Shown here: positions 1 through 7,499 of the stretch, piece after piece
Layout: each line of letters opens with the position of its first letter
Numbering within the stretch: position 1 is the first letter of the stretch
Assembly (NCBI RefSeq): GCF_000012925.1
Contig: NC_007517.1
Span: 2,430,001 to 2,462,000 of the forward strand
DNA from: Geobacter metallireducens GS-15
Lineage (GTDB): Bacteria > Desulfobacterota > Desulfuromonadia > Geobacterales > Geobacteraceae
DNA length: 32,000 nt
Direction of reading: 5' to 3'
Translations under genes and position numbers: made by a program
The notes under the pieces: generated by a model
The model's database searches: none
Told to the model about the DNA's origin: nothing
Seen by the model: the letters and a program-made list of their open reading frames with translations, nothing else

Positions 1-327
1 AAACAGGCCGGACACCCACTGCCAGAAGTTCGTTTTCCCCTTGCTCGTGGAGTTAATGGAACCGCGCGTGTCGGCGGTCGCGGTGTAGGTTACGGTAACG
101 CCTGCCGTCACCTGCTTGCCGGTTTGACGGTCGATCAACTGTGCATGGAGGTTGTTGTACGGGGGGAGAATCGCGAAGACCGAATAATCGTTGTCTATGC
201 AATGCATCCCCAGATCGTTCCAGGCGATAAGGGAATATGCTGCCGGGGGATCGCCTGCCCCGTTTCCGCCACACCCCGCGCAGACCATGACCACCAGGAG
301 AGCGGACAAATGCAGTTTTGTTTTCAT
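1..327 (-). CDS. hypothetical secreted/lipoprotein-like protein, first 109 codons only (gene continues past left edge)
   Basis: Not in the ORF track because there is no stop in the window. The reverse strand from ATG (327-325) is open to base 1: MKTKLHLSALLVVMVCAGCGGNGAGDPPAAYSLIAWNDLGMHCIDNDYSVFAILPPYNNLHAQLIDRQTGKQVTAGV... AGGAG (rc of 336-340) lies 8 nt upstream. A hydrophobic signal-like segment is followed by CAGC. Confidence 0.7.
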   Translation of the reverse strand, partial: MKTKLHLSALLVVMVCAGCGGNGAGDPPAAYSLIAWNDLGMHCIDNDYSVFAILPPYNNLHAQLIDRQTGKQVTAGVTVTYTATADTRGSINSTSKGKTNFWQWVSGLF

Positions 328-647
328 GGGGTTCTCTCCTGGCAGCGCCTGGCGTGGCAAGATTGTGCTGGTATAGAGTCTATCGATAAATCGGGAATTG
401 GCCTTGATGTAAATTGCTGAATATTTGTGAAATATTGCTATAGCGGGTTGCATCATTTTTTTGTATCAGCGCAATATTGACTCATTACACATAGTTGAAC
501 TCGTTTTAATACAACTTTGATTCAGATCCAGATACTAAATTGACATTTCTAGTAAGCAATTATTTTTGTGTAATAAATCTGCAACACAAAGACAGTTGGA
601 TTGTTTTTGGTATCAAAGAATTTTATGCATAGGATTTAGTTGTGGAT

Positions 648-1400
648 TCAACTAAGGCAGGAGCGTCTGAATGCAGATGGGGATATGCCAGTAATGCTCT
701 TGAACTGTCGGGTGAATTCACTCGGATCATTGAACCCGAGCTTGTAGGCAACGGTCGAGATAGTGAGATCCGCTCTCCGGAGAAGGGTTTCCGCCTTGCT
801 TATCTTTACCATATTCATGAACCGCATGGGGCTCACGCCGATATACTTTTTGAAGTTGCGGCAGAAGTGGAATTTACTGAGGTGGGCCGCGCGGGCCAGG
901 TCGTCGAGATATAAGGCGCAGTCGTAATTGCTCTTGATGTGCATGACCGCACGGCCGATCGATTCGGGAAGGTCGTCGGGAAGGTTGATGGGATCGGAAT
1001 AGTGCCGCTTGAGGGGATCTCTGCGCTCCCGCTGCATCCGGCGAAGGGCGAGTATGGTTTCAACCGCATGCTGGAGCACATGCAGATCGACCGGCTTGCG
1101 GAAATACTCCCGGGCTCCTTTTCTGAATGCCTTGAGGACGATCTCCTCGGAGCTGGAATCGGTCAGAAAGATTACCGGCAGATCGTTGCGAAGTGCTTTG
1201 ATTTCTCCAAGGAGGGTTATCCCGCCATCGGCGTCGGTGCCGCTGTCGAGGATGACGATATCCGGATCACTGGGGCCAATTGCCGTGGAAAGCCCCGCCG
1301 CGGATACGAGCCGGATGCCCGCATTGCCGACTGCCAGCAAGTCATACAGATCGGAATGGCTCGGTTCGGCAACAACAACTATGGATTGGGCCAGTGACAT
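648..1400 (-). CDS. response regulator: receiver domain plus AraC/XylS-type HTH output
   Basis: 250-aa ORF with ATG at 1400. The N-half is receiver-like (DIVILDSGTDADG, VIFLTDSS, GAREYFRKP). The C-half has the AraC signature (LDDLARAAHLSKFHFCRNFKKYIGVSPMRF ... LGFNDPSEFTRQFK). Confidence 0.85.
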   Translation of the reverse strand: MSLAQSIVVVAEPSHSDLYDLLAVGNAGIRLVSAAGLSTAIGPSDPDIVILDSGTDADGGITLLGEIKALRNDLPVIFLTDSSSEEIVLKAFRKGAREYFRKPVDLHVLQHAVETILALRRMQRERRDPLKRHYSDPINLPDDLPESIGRAVMHIKSNYDCALYLDDLARAAHLSKFHFCRNFKKYIGVSPMRFMNMVKISKAETLLRRADLTISTVAYKLGFNDPSEFTRQFKSITGISPSAFRRSCLS

Positions 1401-1424
1401 CGCCAGACCTTTCCCATGAACCCA

Positions 1425-2057
1425 TCAGATCAACTTGTTCTCGATGACGAAGCGGGTCAGTTCCGCGTTGTTTTTCATGTTCAGCTTGCGCAGGATGTGG
1501 GCCCGGTAGGTACTGACGGTCTTCACGCTCAGGGAAAGCTCGGTGGCGATCTTGCCGACCGTCTTGCCTGAGGCGATCATGCTCATCACCTGATACTCCC
1601 TGTTGGAGAGACTCTGGAGGAGATCCTGCTGGTTATGATCACTGAGACCGGATACCAGAGACTCCGCCAGGGCCGAGCTCACATATTTTTTCCCCATGGA
1701 AATCTTATGCAGGGCATCGAGCAGTTCATTGGAAGCGCTTCCCTTGTTCAGGTAGCCCGCTGCCCCCGATTTATACGCACGGAGCGCGTACTGCTCCTCG
1801 GGGTGCATGCTCATGACGAGGACCGGCAGTTTCGGTTTGATGCTTTTCATCTCCGTCAGGACATCGAGTCCGTTTCTGCCCGGCATGGTGATATCGAGGA
1901 TCACCATGTCGTAATCATTGGCCTGTATCTTGTTCAGCAACTCCTTGCCGTCGACCGCTTCGTCGACAACGCTCATGTCCACCGTGGTGCCAATAACCTG
2001 CTTGAGCCCTTCCCTGAAGATTGCGTGATCATCGGCTACAAGTATCCTGGTGCTCAT
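1425..2057 (-). CDS. NarL/LuxR-family response regulator
   Basis: MSTRILVADDHAIFREGL, DMVILDITMPGRNG, and LuxR HTH LSNREYQVMSMIASGKTVGKIATELSLSVKTVSTYRAHILRKL. ATG 2057 is preceded by AAGGAG (rc of 2064-2069). The ORF-track start at 2060 is a TTG one codon upstream. The 5' end overlaps the kinase stop (2029). Confidence 0.9.
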   Translation of the reverse strand: MSTRILVADDHAIFREGLKQVIGTTVDMSVVDEAVDGKELLNKIQANDYDMVILDITMPGRNGLDVLTEMKSIKPKLPVLVMSMHPEEQYALRAYKSGAAGYLNKGSASNELLDALHKISMGKKYVSSALAESLVSGLSDHNQQDLLQSLSNREYQVMSMIASGKTVGKIATELSLSVKTVSTYRAHILRKLNMKNNAELTRFVIENKLI

Positions 2058-3285
2058 CAACGTCTCCTTCCCTGGCTAATGGAATCCGTGCAACCACTGT
2101 GGTCCCCTGGCGCGAAGAGCCGCATATCCTCAGTCTCCCTCCAAACGCCTCCGCCCGTTCCCGCATCCCTGCAATACCGAGCGACTGCGGATTGTTCTTC
2201 TCTCTCTCAGTAATTCCCCGGCCATTGTCGCTCACCGACAGGGTCACCCTACCGACTTTTTCCACCAGGGTCACCCGGACATGGTCAGCGGTGGCGTGGC
2301 GGGCGACATTGCTCAACGCTTCCTGAACTATCCGGTAAACCGCCGTGGACACATCCCGATCCACCTTCTTCTCGGCGAGAAGGATGGTTGTCTTGCAGCG
2401 TATCCCGCTTTTCTTCTCGAATTCCTTTGCCTGCCATTCAATGGCATCGGCCAGTCCCAGGATATCGAGCATAACCGGCCGCAGTTCCGAGGAGATCCTG
2501 TTCACGGTCATGATGGACGAAGTGATCAACTGCTCCATCGCCTGTGTCCTGGCGACAAGCTTGGCGTGGTCGAGGTATTCCTTTGTCACGAGCGACACGT
2601 TCAACTGAAGGGCCGCCAGCATCTGTCCCAGTTCTTCGTGAATTTCCCGCGCGACTGCCGTTCGCTCCTCCTCCCGGGCCGACATAAGGTGAAACGAAAG
2701 CCTGCGCTGCTTTTTCAGGGAATCGACCAGCCCCTCCTCCCGTTTGCTGCGCTCAATCTCACGGGAATCCTCCCGGTCCGGAGGAGGCGGCTTTCCCGAC
2801 AATTCATACCAACGCAGCTTCCGGTGCCCCCCCGCCCCGGGTGCCCGCTCCTCCTCCGGAATGTGCCGGCCGGTAATGTCTATCATCGCGACGCGGCACT
2901 CGTCCCCGCAGGTGTCGCAAGCCCCCTCGAAACGGATCAGGGAGGGATTCCCCCCTATCGGCTGTTCAAGCTCGCAACTGGCTTTACACGCACTCATCAT
3001 GTTCCTGAGAAATTCCGCAAAGACCGGACGCGATCCCTCGGAAAGAAACTGCTCCAATGGCCGGCCAACGAGCCTGGAACGCTCCTCCCCCAGCATGTGG
3101 GCCGCAATATGGTTGACGGTGCGAATTATTCCATCCTGTCCCAGGATAACGCCGCCAACCGGCGCCTGATCGAACAGGCGATTGAATTGTTGCAGAACGT
3201 GCTCTTTCTCGGCCATGGCATCAACGAGTTTGGCGTTTTGCAGTTCCAGCACGTTCTTCTGCGCTTCAATTTCAAGCAGCAGCAT
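2029..3285 (-). CDS. cytoplasmic PAS-domain sensor histidine kinase (HisKA_3/NarX-DegS type)
   Basis: PAS-like FDQAPVGGVILGQDGIIRTVNHIAAHMLG, H-box AREIHEELGQ, and ATPase boxes EALSNVARHA, DNGRGI, GIAGMRERAEAFGG. The frame is open up to 3504 (TTG). The best start is ATG 3285, with AAGGAG (rc of 3292-3297) 6 nt upstream, giving a 418-aa protein that starts MLLLEIEAQKN. Confidence 0.85.
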   Translation of the reverse strand: MLLLEIEAQKNVLELQNAKLVDAMAEKEHVLQQFNRLFDQAPVGGVILGQDGIIRTVNHIAAHMLGEERSRLVGRPLEQFLSEGSRPVFAEFLRNMMSACKASCELEQPIGGNPSLIRFEGACDTCGDECRVAMIDITGRHIPEEERAPGAGGHRKLRWYELSGKPPPPDREDSREIERSKREEGLVDSLKKQRRLSFHLMSAREEERTAVAREIHEELGQMLAALQLNVSLVTKEYLDHAKLVARTQAMEQLITSSIMTVNRISSELRPVMLDILGLADAIEWQAKEFEKKSGIRCKTTILLAEKKVDRDVSTAVYRIVQEALSNVARHATADHVRVTLVEKVGRVTLSVSDNGRGITEREKNNPQSLGIAGMRERAEAFGGRLRICGSSRQGTTVVARIPLAREGDVDEHQDTCSR

Positions 3286-3522
3286 CTCTATCTCCTTCTC
3301 TGTCCGAGGCGAAAACGCGCTCGACGAGGGAGGGAGGGGCTCCGTCACTCTTCCCGGCTCCGATTCGGCGGATACTGGCGGCTTGTTCTTGAGATTGTCC
3401 GTTTCCAATGGCGACCTCGCATACTCGCTACACCGGCTAATAAGTATACCGGATTGAGGCCCTTTGTCTCGCAGCGGTTCGGGCCAATGGCGTCCCGACC
3501 ACAATATACTGCTGCAATTTCC

Positions 3523-4894
3523 GGCTCTTTAGCAGAATCTGTGGTGACACAGGGGTTCTGGCAAGTCGCCAAGTGTGTGATATAGCGCCACTTGCAGGCA
3601 CTTGATGGTTCGGAAACCGTACGCTTTTCTGATAGTCAGTTTTGCTTTGAGGTTCAGACCCTCTACCGCGCCGCTGGAAAGTCGGCCTTTTGCCTTGAAC
3701 CAGTTGAGAATCATCGGTTTGTGGTTGCGTAACATCCTGGCAACCTTCTTCATCGGTTCCAGGTCAGTTTGCATTGTCCTGATGACCCAGTCGTCGAGGA
3801 ACTTGCCAGCAAAGTCAGACCGCTGGTAGTCCCAGAACTGCTGAAAGTCCTCGCGCAGCAGATATGCCTTGATTGATGAGAGGTTGAGCTTGAGCAAATC
3901 TCCCAATCGTGACGTCTGCTTCTCGGACAGATTTTCCGGCCGTTTCAGCAGCAACCAACGGCCCTTTTCCAGGACGTTCTCCTGCTTGGCGGCCTTGAAC
4001 TCCTTGGCTTCGGTGCGCCGAACCTCGTCAATCGCTTCGTTAAACTTCCGCATGATGTGGAAGCGGTCGAGGATGTTCACGGCATTGGGTGCCCGCTTGG
4101 CGATAACCTTGAGATACGGTGCCCACATGTCGCTGCAGACATACTTGAGCTTGGCGCTGCGTTCTTTGCCGAATTCCCGAAAGAAGCGCAGTAGCGTTCT
4201 TATCCGACGTTGCGGACCACACCAGAGAAGACGCCTGACGCCGGCATTGAGCTGATAGACCATCGTAAGATACTGATGGCCCTTGAAGACGGCAATTTCA
4301 TCAACACCGATTTCCGTAACGCCATCAAGGTTTCTGTTTGCCAGGCCGTAATCGACAGCATACTGCACCGCCCGAAAGATGCTGTCCCAACTGGTCTTAA
4401 AGATTTCGGCAACTTCCTTCCAGGAGAGTCGCCGAGCCCACCGGGCAAGATAGACCTGGTACGAGATCGTCATTTGCTCTTTGCCATACCCCCAGGGGAG
4501 GGATTCAACCTTTACCCCATGGATTGGGCACAGAACCCGACGGGGAGCGTAGCGAAAGAAGACCTTGAACGCCCAGATCGGCACATACTCGAACAGTCGG
4601 GCCGGTTGCGTGTCGTATGTCTTGCCTCGCTTGCCACATTCCGGGCATTCGGGCTTGCTGTTGCGACGAGCCTTGATGTCAATGACCAGTGCTTCTGAGC
4701 CGCCGACTTTCGCCAGTCGGCAATCTCCGTAAATGAAGGACTTGAAACGCTCGAACTTGTTCAGTACAGTCTTGATAAGCATTGCTTCTCCCGTGTCGGA
4801 CTTGATCGTTTCTCGCAAAAACAATCTTATCCTTCACGGAGGGGCAATGCCCTTATTTTTTCAGCCAACTACCCACAGATTCTGCGGACGAGGC
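3523..4894 (-). mobile_element. ISL3-family insertion sequence, apparently intact
   Basis: The imperfect terminal inverted repeats share the 13-nt core GCAGAATCTGTGG (3532-3544, and rc of 4872-4884), with GGCTC/GCCTC ends. They are flanked by the 8-bp direct repeat CAATTTCC (3515-3522 and 4895-4902). Boundaries are +/-1 nt. The element has a single transposase ORF. Confidence 0.85.
3529..4782 (-). CDS. ISL3-family transposase
   Basis: N-terminal zinc-finger pattern CPECG...CPIHG. Central VDEIAVFKGHQYLTMVYQL and DRFHIMRKFNEAIDEVRR. C-terminal SSGAVEGLNLKAKLTIRKAYGFR, typical of ISL3 transposases. ATG 4782 follows GGGAGAAG. The track start at 4824 is a TTG. The stop lies inside the terminal repeat. 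Confidence 0.9.
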   Translation of the reverse strand: MLIKTVLNKFERFKSFIYGDCRLAKVGGSEALVIDIKARRNSKPECPECGKRGKTYDTQPARLFEYVPIWAFKVFFRYAPRRVLCPIHGVKVESLPWGYGKEQMTISYQVYLARWARRLSWKEVAEIFKTSWDSIFRAVQYAVDYGLANRNLDGVTEIGVDEIAVFKGHQYLTMVYQLNAGVRRLLWCGPQRRIRTLLRFFREFGKERSAKLKYVCSDMWAPYLKVIAKRAPNAVNILDRFHIMRKFNEAIDEVRRTEAKEFKAAKQENVLEKGRWLLLKRPENLSEKQTSRLGDLLKLNLSSIKAYLLREDFQQFWDYQRSDFAGKFLDDWVIRTMQTDLEPMKKVARMLRNHKPMILNWFKAKGRLSSGAVEGLNLKAKLTIRKAYGFRTIKCLQVALYHTLGDLPEPLCHHRFC

Positions 4895-5406
4895 CAATTT
4901 CCCCCCTCCCCCCGCTCCTCTCCCCGCCGTGGGAGAGGGTGGCCGAAGGCCGGGTGAACGGTAAGGCAGGTTTGAATCAGTGCCACGCTGAGGATTAACA
5001 AACCCAAAGAGAGAATAACAAGACGATTCTACAGACGATATGTGCAGGTGTCCGTATTTTTACTAGGACATCATACGCTGAGTTTATAGGTAATTGCGAC
5101 AGCACTATTAAGGGTTTGTCTTAGTCTTTCAGACCACACCGCATCACTTCCCTCGTACTTCAGTCATCGGAAAGTTTCTGTCTAACGATAGTACTTACTG
5201 CCGCTTATTCACACACAAATACCTATAGACCATTTCCCTGATACCTATGACAAATACAGATGTCCACCGAATAGAGCGGCCGCTGTTATTTCGTATAGTT
5301 TTATCCAAAATTGGGCCGCCGGAACAGACAGTGCGCAGCCCTGCATCAAACATCTCCCGCAAAGTTAGCCTAGGCATATTGACATATTCTAAGAGGAATT
5401 CCACCT

Positions 5407-7182
5407 ATGAGACTCGTCATCCCCTGCATCACGTCATTTCTTATTACGGCCGTTCTCACCCCCTTCGTCATCCGCATCGCGACCGCCTGCAGGTGCGTGG
5501 ATGTGCCAGGCGAGCGACGCCTGCACCGGAGGCCGACTCCCCGGTGGGGAGGGGCGGCGTTTTTCGCCGGGGTGCTCCCCTTTCTGTTTGTCGAGAGCCA
5601 TGGCGGAGCATTGGCGTCGTTCATTGCCGCGTCGTTCATTCTGGTCGGCATGGGGATGGTGGATGACCTTTCCTCCCTTGACTGGAAAATGAAATTTGCC
5701 GTCATGGCGGCCGCGGCCACAATCGTCATATTCGGCGGCAACGTCACCATCAACCACATCGGGGTCTTTGGCTCACTGGGGCGGTTGGACCTGGGGATGT
5801 TAAGCATCCCCTTCACCTACATCGGCATCATTGGCATTACCAACGCCATCAACCTCCTCGACGGCCTCGACGGCCTGGCAGGCGGCGTATCGCTTCTGGG
5901 ATTCCTGTTCATGGGGATTGCGGCCCTCCTTACGGGCAACGTACCGGTAGCGGTCATCTGCTTCGCCTATGTGGGGGCGCTGGGAGCCTTTCTCCTCTTC
6001 AACTTCCCCAACGCCAGAATCTTCATGGGGGACACGGGAAGCCTCTTTCTCGGGTTCTCTCTTGCCTTCGTGGCCGTGCTCCTCACGCAGGGCGTACAAG
6101 ACTCGGTGGACTCCATGTTCCCGGTGCTCGTGCTCCTCATCCCCATCTTCGACACGCTCCGGGTCCTGCTGGTACGACTGCTGAAAAAGAAAAACCCGTT
6201 CCGGGCAGACAACCTTCATCTCCACTACCTGATGGTGCGCAGGAATATTCCCCCGGCACACGTGACGCTCCTCTTCTGGGGGGGCACGGCCCTCTTCGGC
6301 TCCATTGCGCTGCTCCTCACAAACCGGCCATCGGTCTCGTATCTTTCCGTCGTGCTGTATGCCGCGTCATTCCTGGGCCTGACCGCCGCAAGCCTGACAC
6401 CGGGAGTGGAGGCCGGCAGGGAAGCGAAACCGGTTGAAACCAGTTCCTACAATACGGCCAGACAGCCGTACAGGCCCAAGGAAGGGACGATTACCGTCAG
6501 GCTGATGTTTGTCCTTGGCGTCGTTTTCCTGGCAACCCAGGTCTTTGCCGAGGAACCGGCCGTTCTCAAGACCCAGCGGGACAAGGTCAATTACGCCATT
6601 GGCGTCAACATGGTGAGGAACTTTACGCAGCAGTCGGTCGAAATCGACCTGGATATGCTGATGCAGGGCATGAGGGACGCCCGTTCAGGCGGCAAGCTTC
6701 TCATGACTGAGGAAGAGATCCGCAGAACCACCCTTGCCGTTCAGGAAGAGGTGCGGAAGAGACAGAAGATGGCCCCCATAATAGCGGCCAAGGAGGGGCA
6801 GGCATTCCTGGCTGAAAACAAAACGAAAGAGGGAGTGGTAACCCTGCCGAGCGGCCTCCAGTACAAGATACTGAAGGCAGGTAACGGCAGGACCCCCACG
6901 GATGTTGACCATGTTCTCTGCGACTACCGCGGGACCCTTCTGAACGGAGCTGAATTCGACCGCTCCTATCCCGGCCGTCCGGTGACGTTCAGTGTCGCCG
7001 AAGGAGGAGGAATCCCCGGCCTGAGCGAAGCTTTGAAAATGATGCCGGTGAACTCAAAGTGGCAACTTTTCATTCCCTCCCAACTGGCCTACGGAGAGCG
7101 GGGGCGGACAAGTCTCATCGGATCGCCGGTCGGGCCCAATGAGACGATCATCGTGGAGGTTGAGCTCCTCGCGATCAAGTGA
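5407..7182 (+). CDS. in-frame fusion: WecA/MraY-family polyprenyl-phosphate sugar-1-phosphate transferase (N) plus FkpA/Mip-like FKBP peptidyl-prolyl isomerase (C)
   Basis: 591-aa ORF with no internal stop. AGAGGA lies upstream of ATG 5407. The N-terminal ~330 aa is polytopic with GT4-family motifs (NAINLLDGLDGLAGG, FMGDTGSLFLGFSL). A linker follows, then the signal-peptide-like MFVLGVVFLATQVFAEE (from 6505). After that come an FKBP_N-like helix region and an FKBP_C domain (LPSGLQYKILKAGNGRTP...DYRGTLLNGAEFDRSY...LFIPSQLAYGERG). Confidence 0.8.
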   Translation: MRLVIPCITSFLITAVLTPFVIRIATACRCVDVPGERRLHRRPTPRWGGAAFFAGVLPFLFVESHGGALASFIAASFILVGMGMVDDLSSLDWKMKFAVMAAAATIVIFGGNVTINHIGVFGSLGRLDLGMLSIPFTYIGIIGITNAINLLDGLDGLAGGVSLLGFLFMGIAALLTGNVPVAVICFAYVGALGAFLLFNFPNARIFMGDTGSLFLGFSLAFVAVLLTQGVQDSVDSMFPVLVLLIPIFDTLRVLLVRLLKKKNPFRADNLHLHYLMVRRNIPPAHVTLLFWGGTALFGSIALLLTNRPSVSYLSVVLYAASFLGLTAASLTPGVEAGREAKPVETSSYNTARQPYRPKEGTITVRLMFVLGVVFLATQVFAEEPAVLKTQRDKVNYAIGVNMVRNFTQQSVEIDLDMLMQGMRDARSGGKLLMTEEEIRRTTLAVQEEVRKRQKMAPIIAAKEGQAFLAENKTKEGVVTLPSGLQYKILKAGNGRTPTDVDHVLCDYRGTLLNGAEFDRSYPGRPVTFSVAEGGGIPGLSEALKMMPVNSKWQLFIPSQLAYGERGRTSLIGSPVGPNETIIVEVELLAIK

Positions 7183-7234
7183 GCACTGAACGAGCATTGT
7201 GCAGAGTACACAGGGCGGAAAGGAGGTAAGAATC

Positions 7235-7471
7235 ATGAGAAAGCTGCCGGCATTAGCATCCGCGATTATCCTCTCGGGTTTGATGGCTGCATCGCTGCAC
7301 GCGGCACAGAATCCCGGTTCCGGGAATCCGCAGAAACAACAGGCACAAGTCAAGCGAAACAGTGCCCCTGCCCCGAAGAAGGCCGTTTTATCCAAACGCA
7401 ATCGGGCCAAGATCGAGGTGGAAGAGATGAAAAAGATCAAGCAGCAGTTGCAGAAGGACGGCACGAACTAA
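7235..7471 (+). CDS. small secreted basic protein (78 aa), unknown function
   Basis: GGAAAGGAGG lies upstream of ATG 7235. Signal peptide MRKLPALASAIILSGLMAASLHA|AQ. The mature part is K/Q/R-rich (KRNRAKIEVEEMKKIKQQLQK). It sits between the FKBP fusion and the oxidase with short gaps. Confidence 0.6.
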   Translation: MRKLPALASAIILSGLMAASLHAAQNPGSGNPQKQQAQVKRNSAPAPKKAVLSKRNRAKIEVEEMKKIKQQLQKDGTN

Positions 7472-7499
7472 GAACTTGAGCGATTTTGGAGGAGGACCT

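Noticed and set aside
540-576. TTGACA at 540-545 on the plus strand with TAATAA at 571-576.
   Set aside because: The 25-nt spacing is far from the 16-19 nt expected, and there is no plus-strand gene downstream (the next gene is on the minus strand).
3286-3504. N-terminal extension of the histidine kinase to the TTG at 3504, and in the excised state onward through 4903-5028.
   Set aside because: The extension is P/S/R-rich with no domain features and has no RBS. By contrast, ATG 3285 has a perfect AAGGAG at 6 nt. The open frame is attributed to GC bias.
2281-3585. 434-aa plus-strand ORF antisense to the histidine kinase. Similar plus-strand ORFs: 21075-21881, 21985-23064, 23223-23834, 25875-26888, 28804-29370 and 30117-31073.
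   Set aside because: They are antisense to genes with clear family signatures. They have no RBS or motif support and a composition-driven amino-acid bias.
4917-4938. GC-rich hairpin CCTCTCCC-CGCCGT-GGGAGAGG next to the IS target site; it reads as ...SPRRGRGWPKAG in ORF 4733-4957.
   Set aside because: It resembles REP-like palindromic filler seen in many genomes, but only one copy is in this window, so no repeat family can be claimed. The ORF spans the IS end and is not credible.
5379-5384. TTGACA 23 nt upstream of the ATG at 5407.
   Set aside because: There is no acceptable -10 hexamer at 16-19 nt, and there would be no room for the AGAGGA ribosome-binding site in the transcript.
5195-5404. 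69-aa minus-strand ORF, and the 139-aa plus-strand ORF at 5247-5666, in the low-GC region.
   Set aside because: There is no RBS and no recognisable fold or motif. The plus-strand ORF runs out of frame into the WecA-like gene. Both are treated as non-coding.
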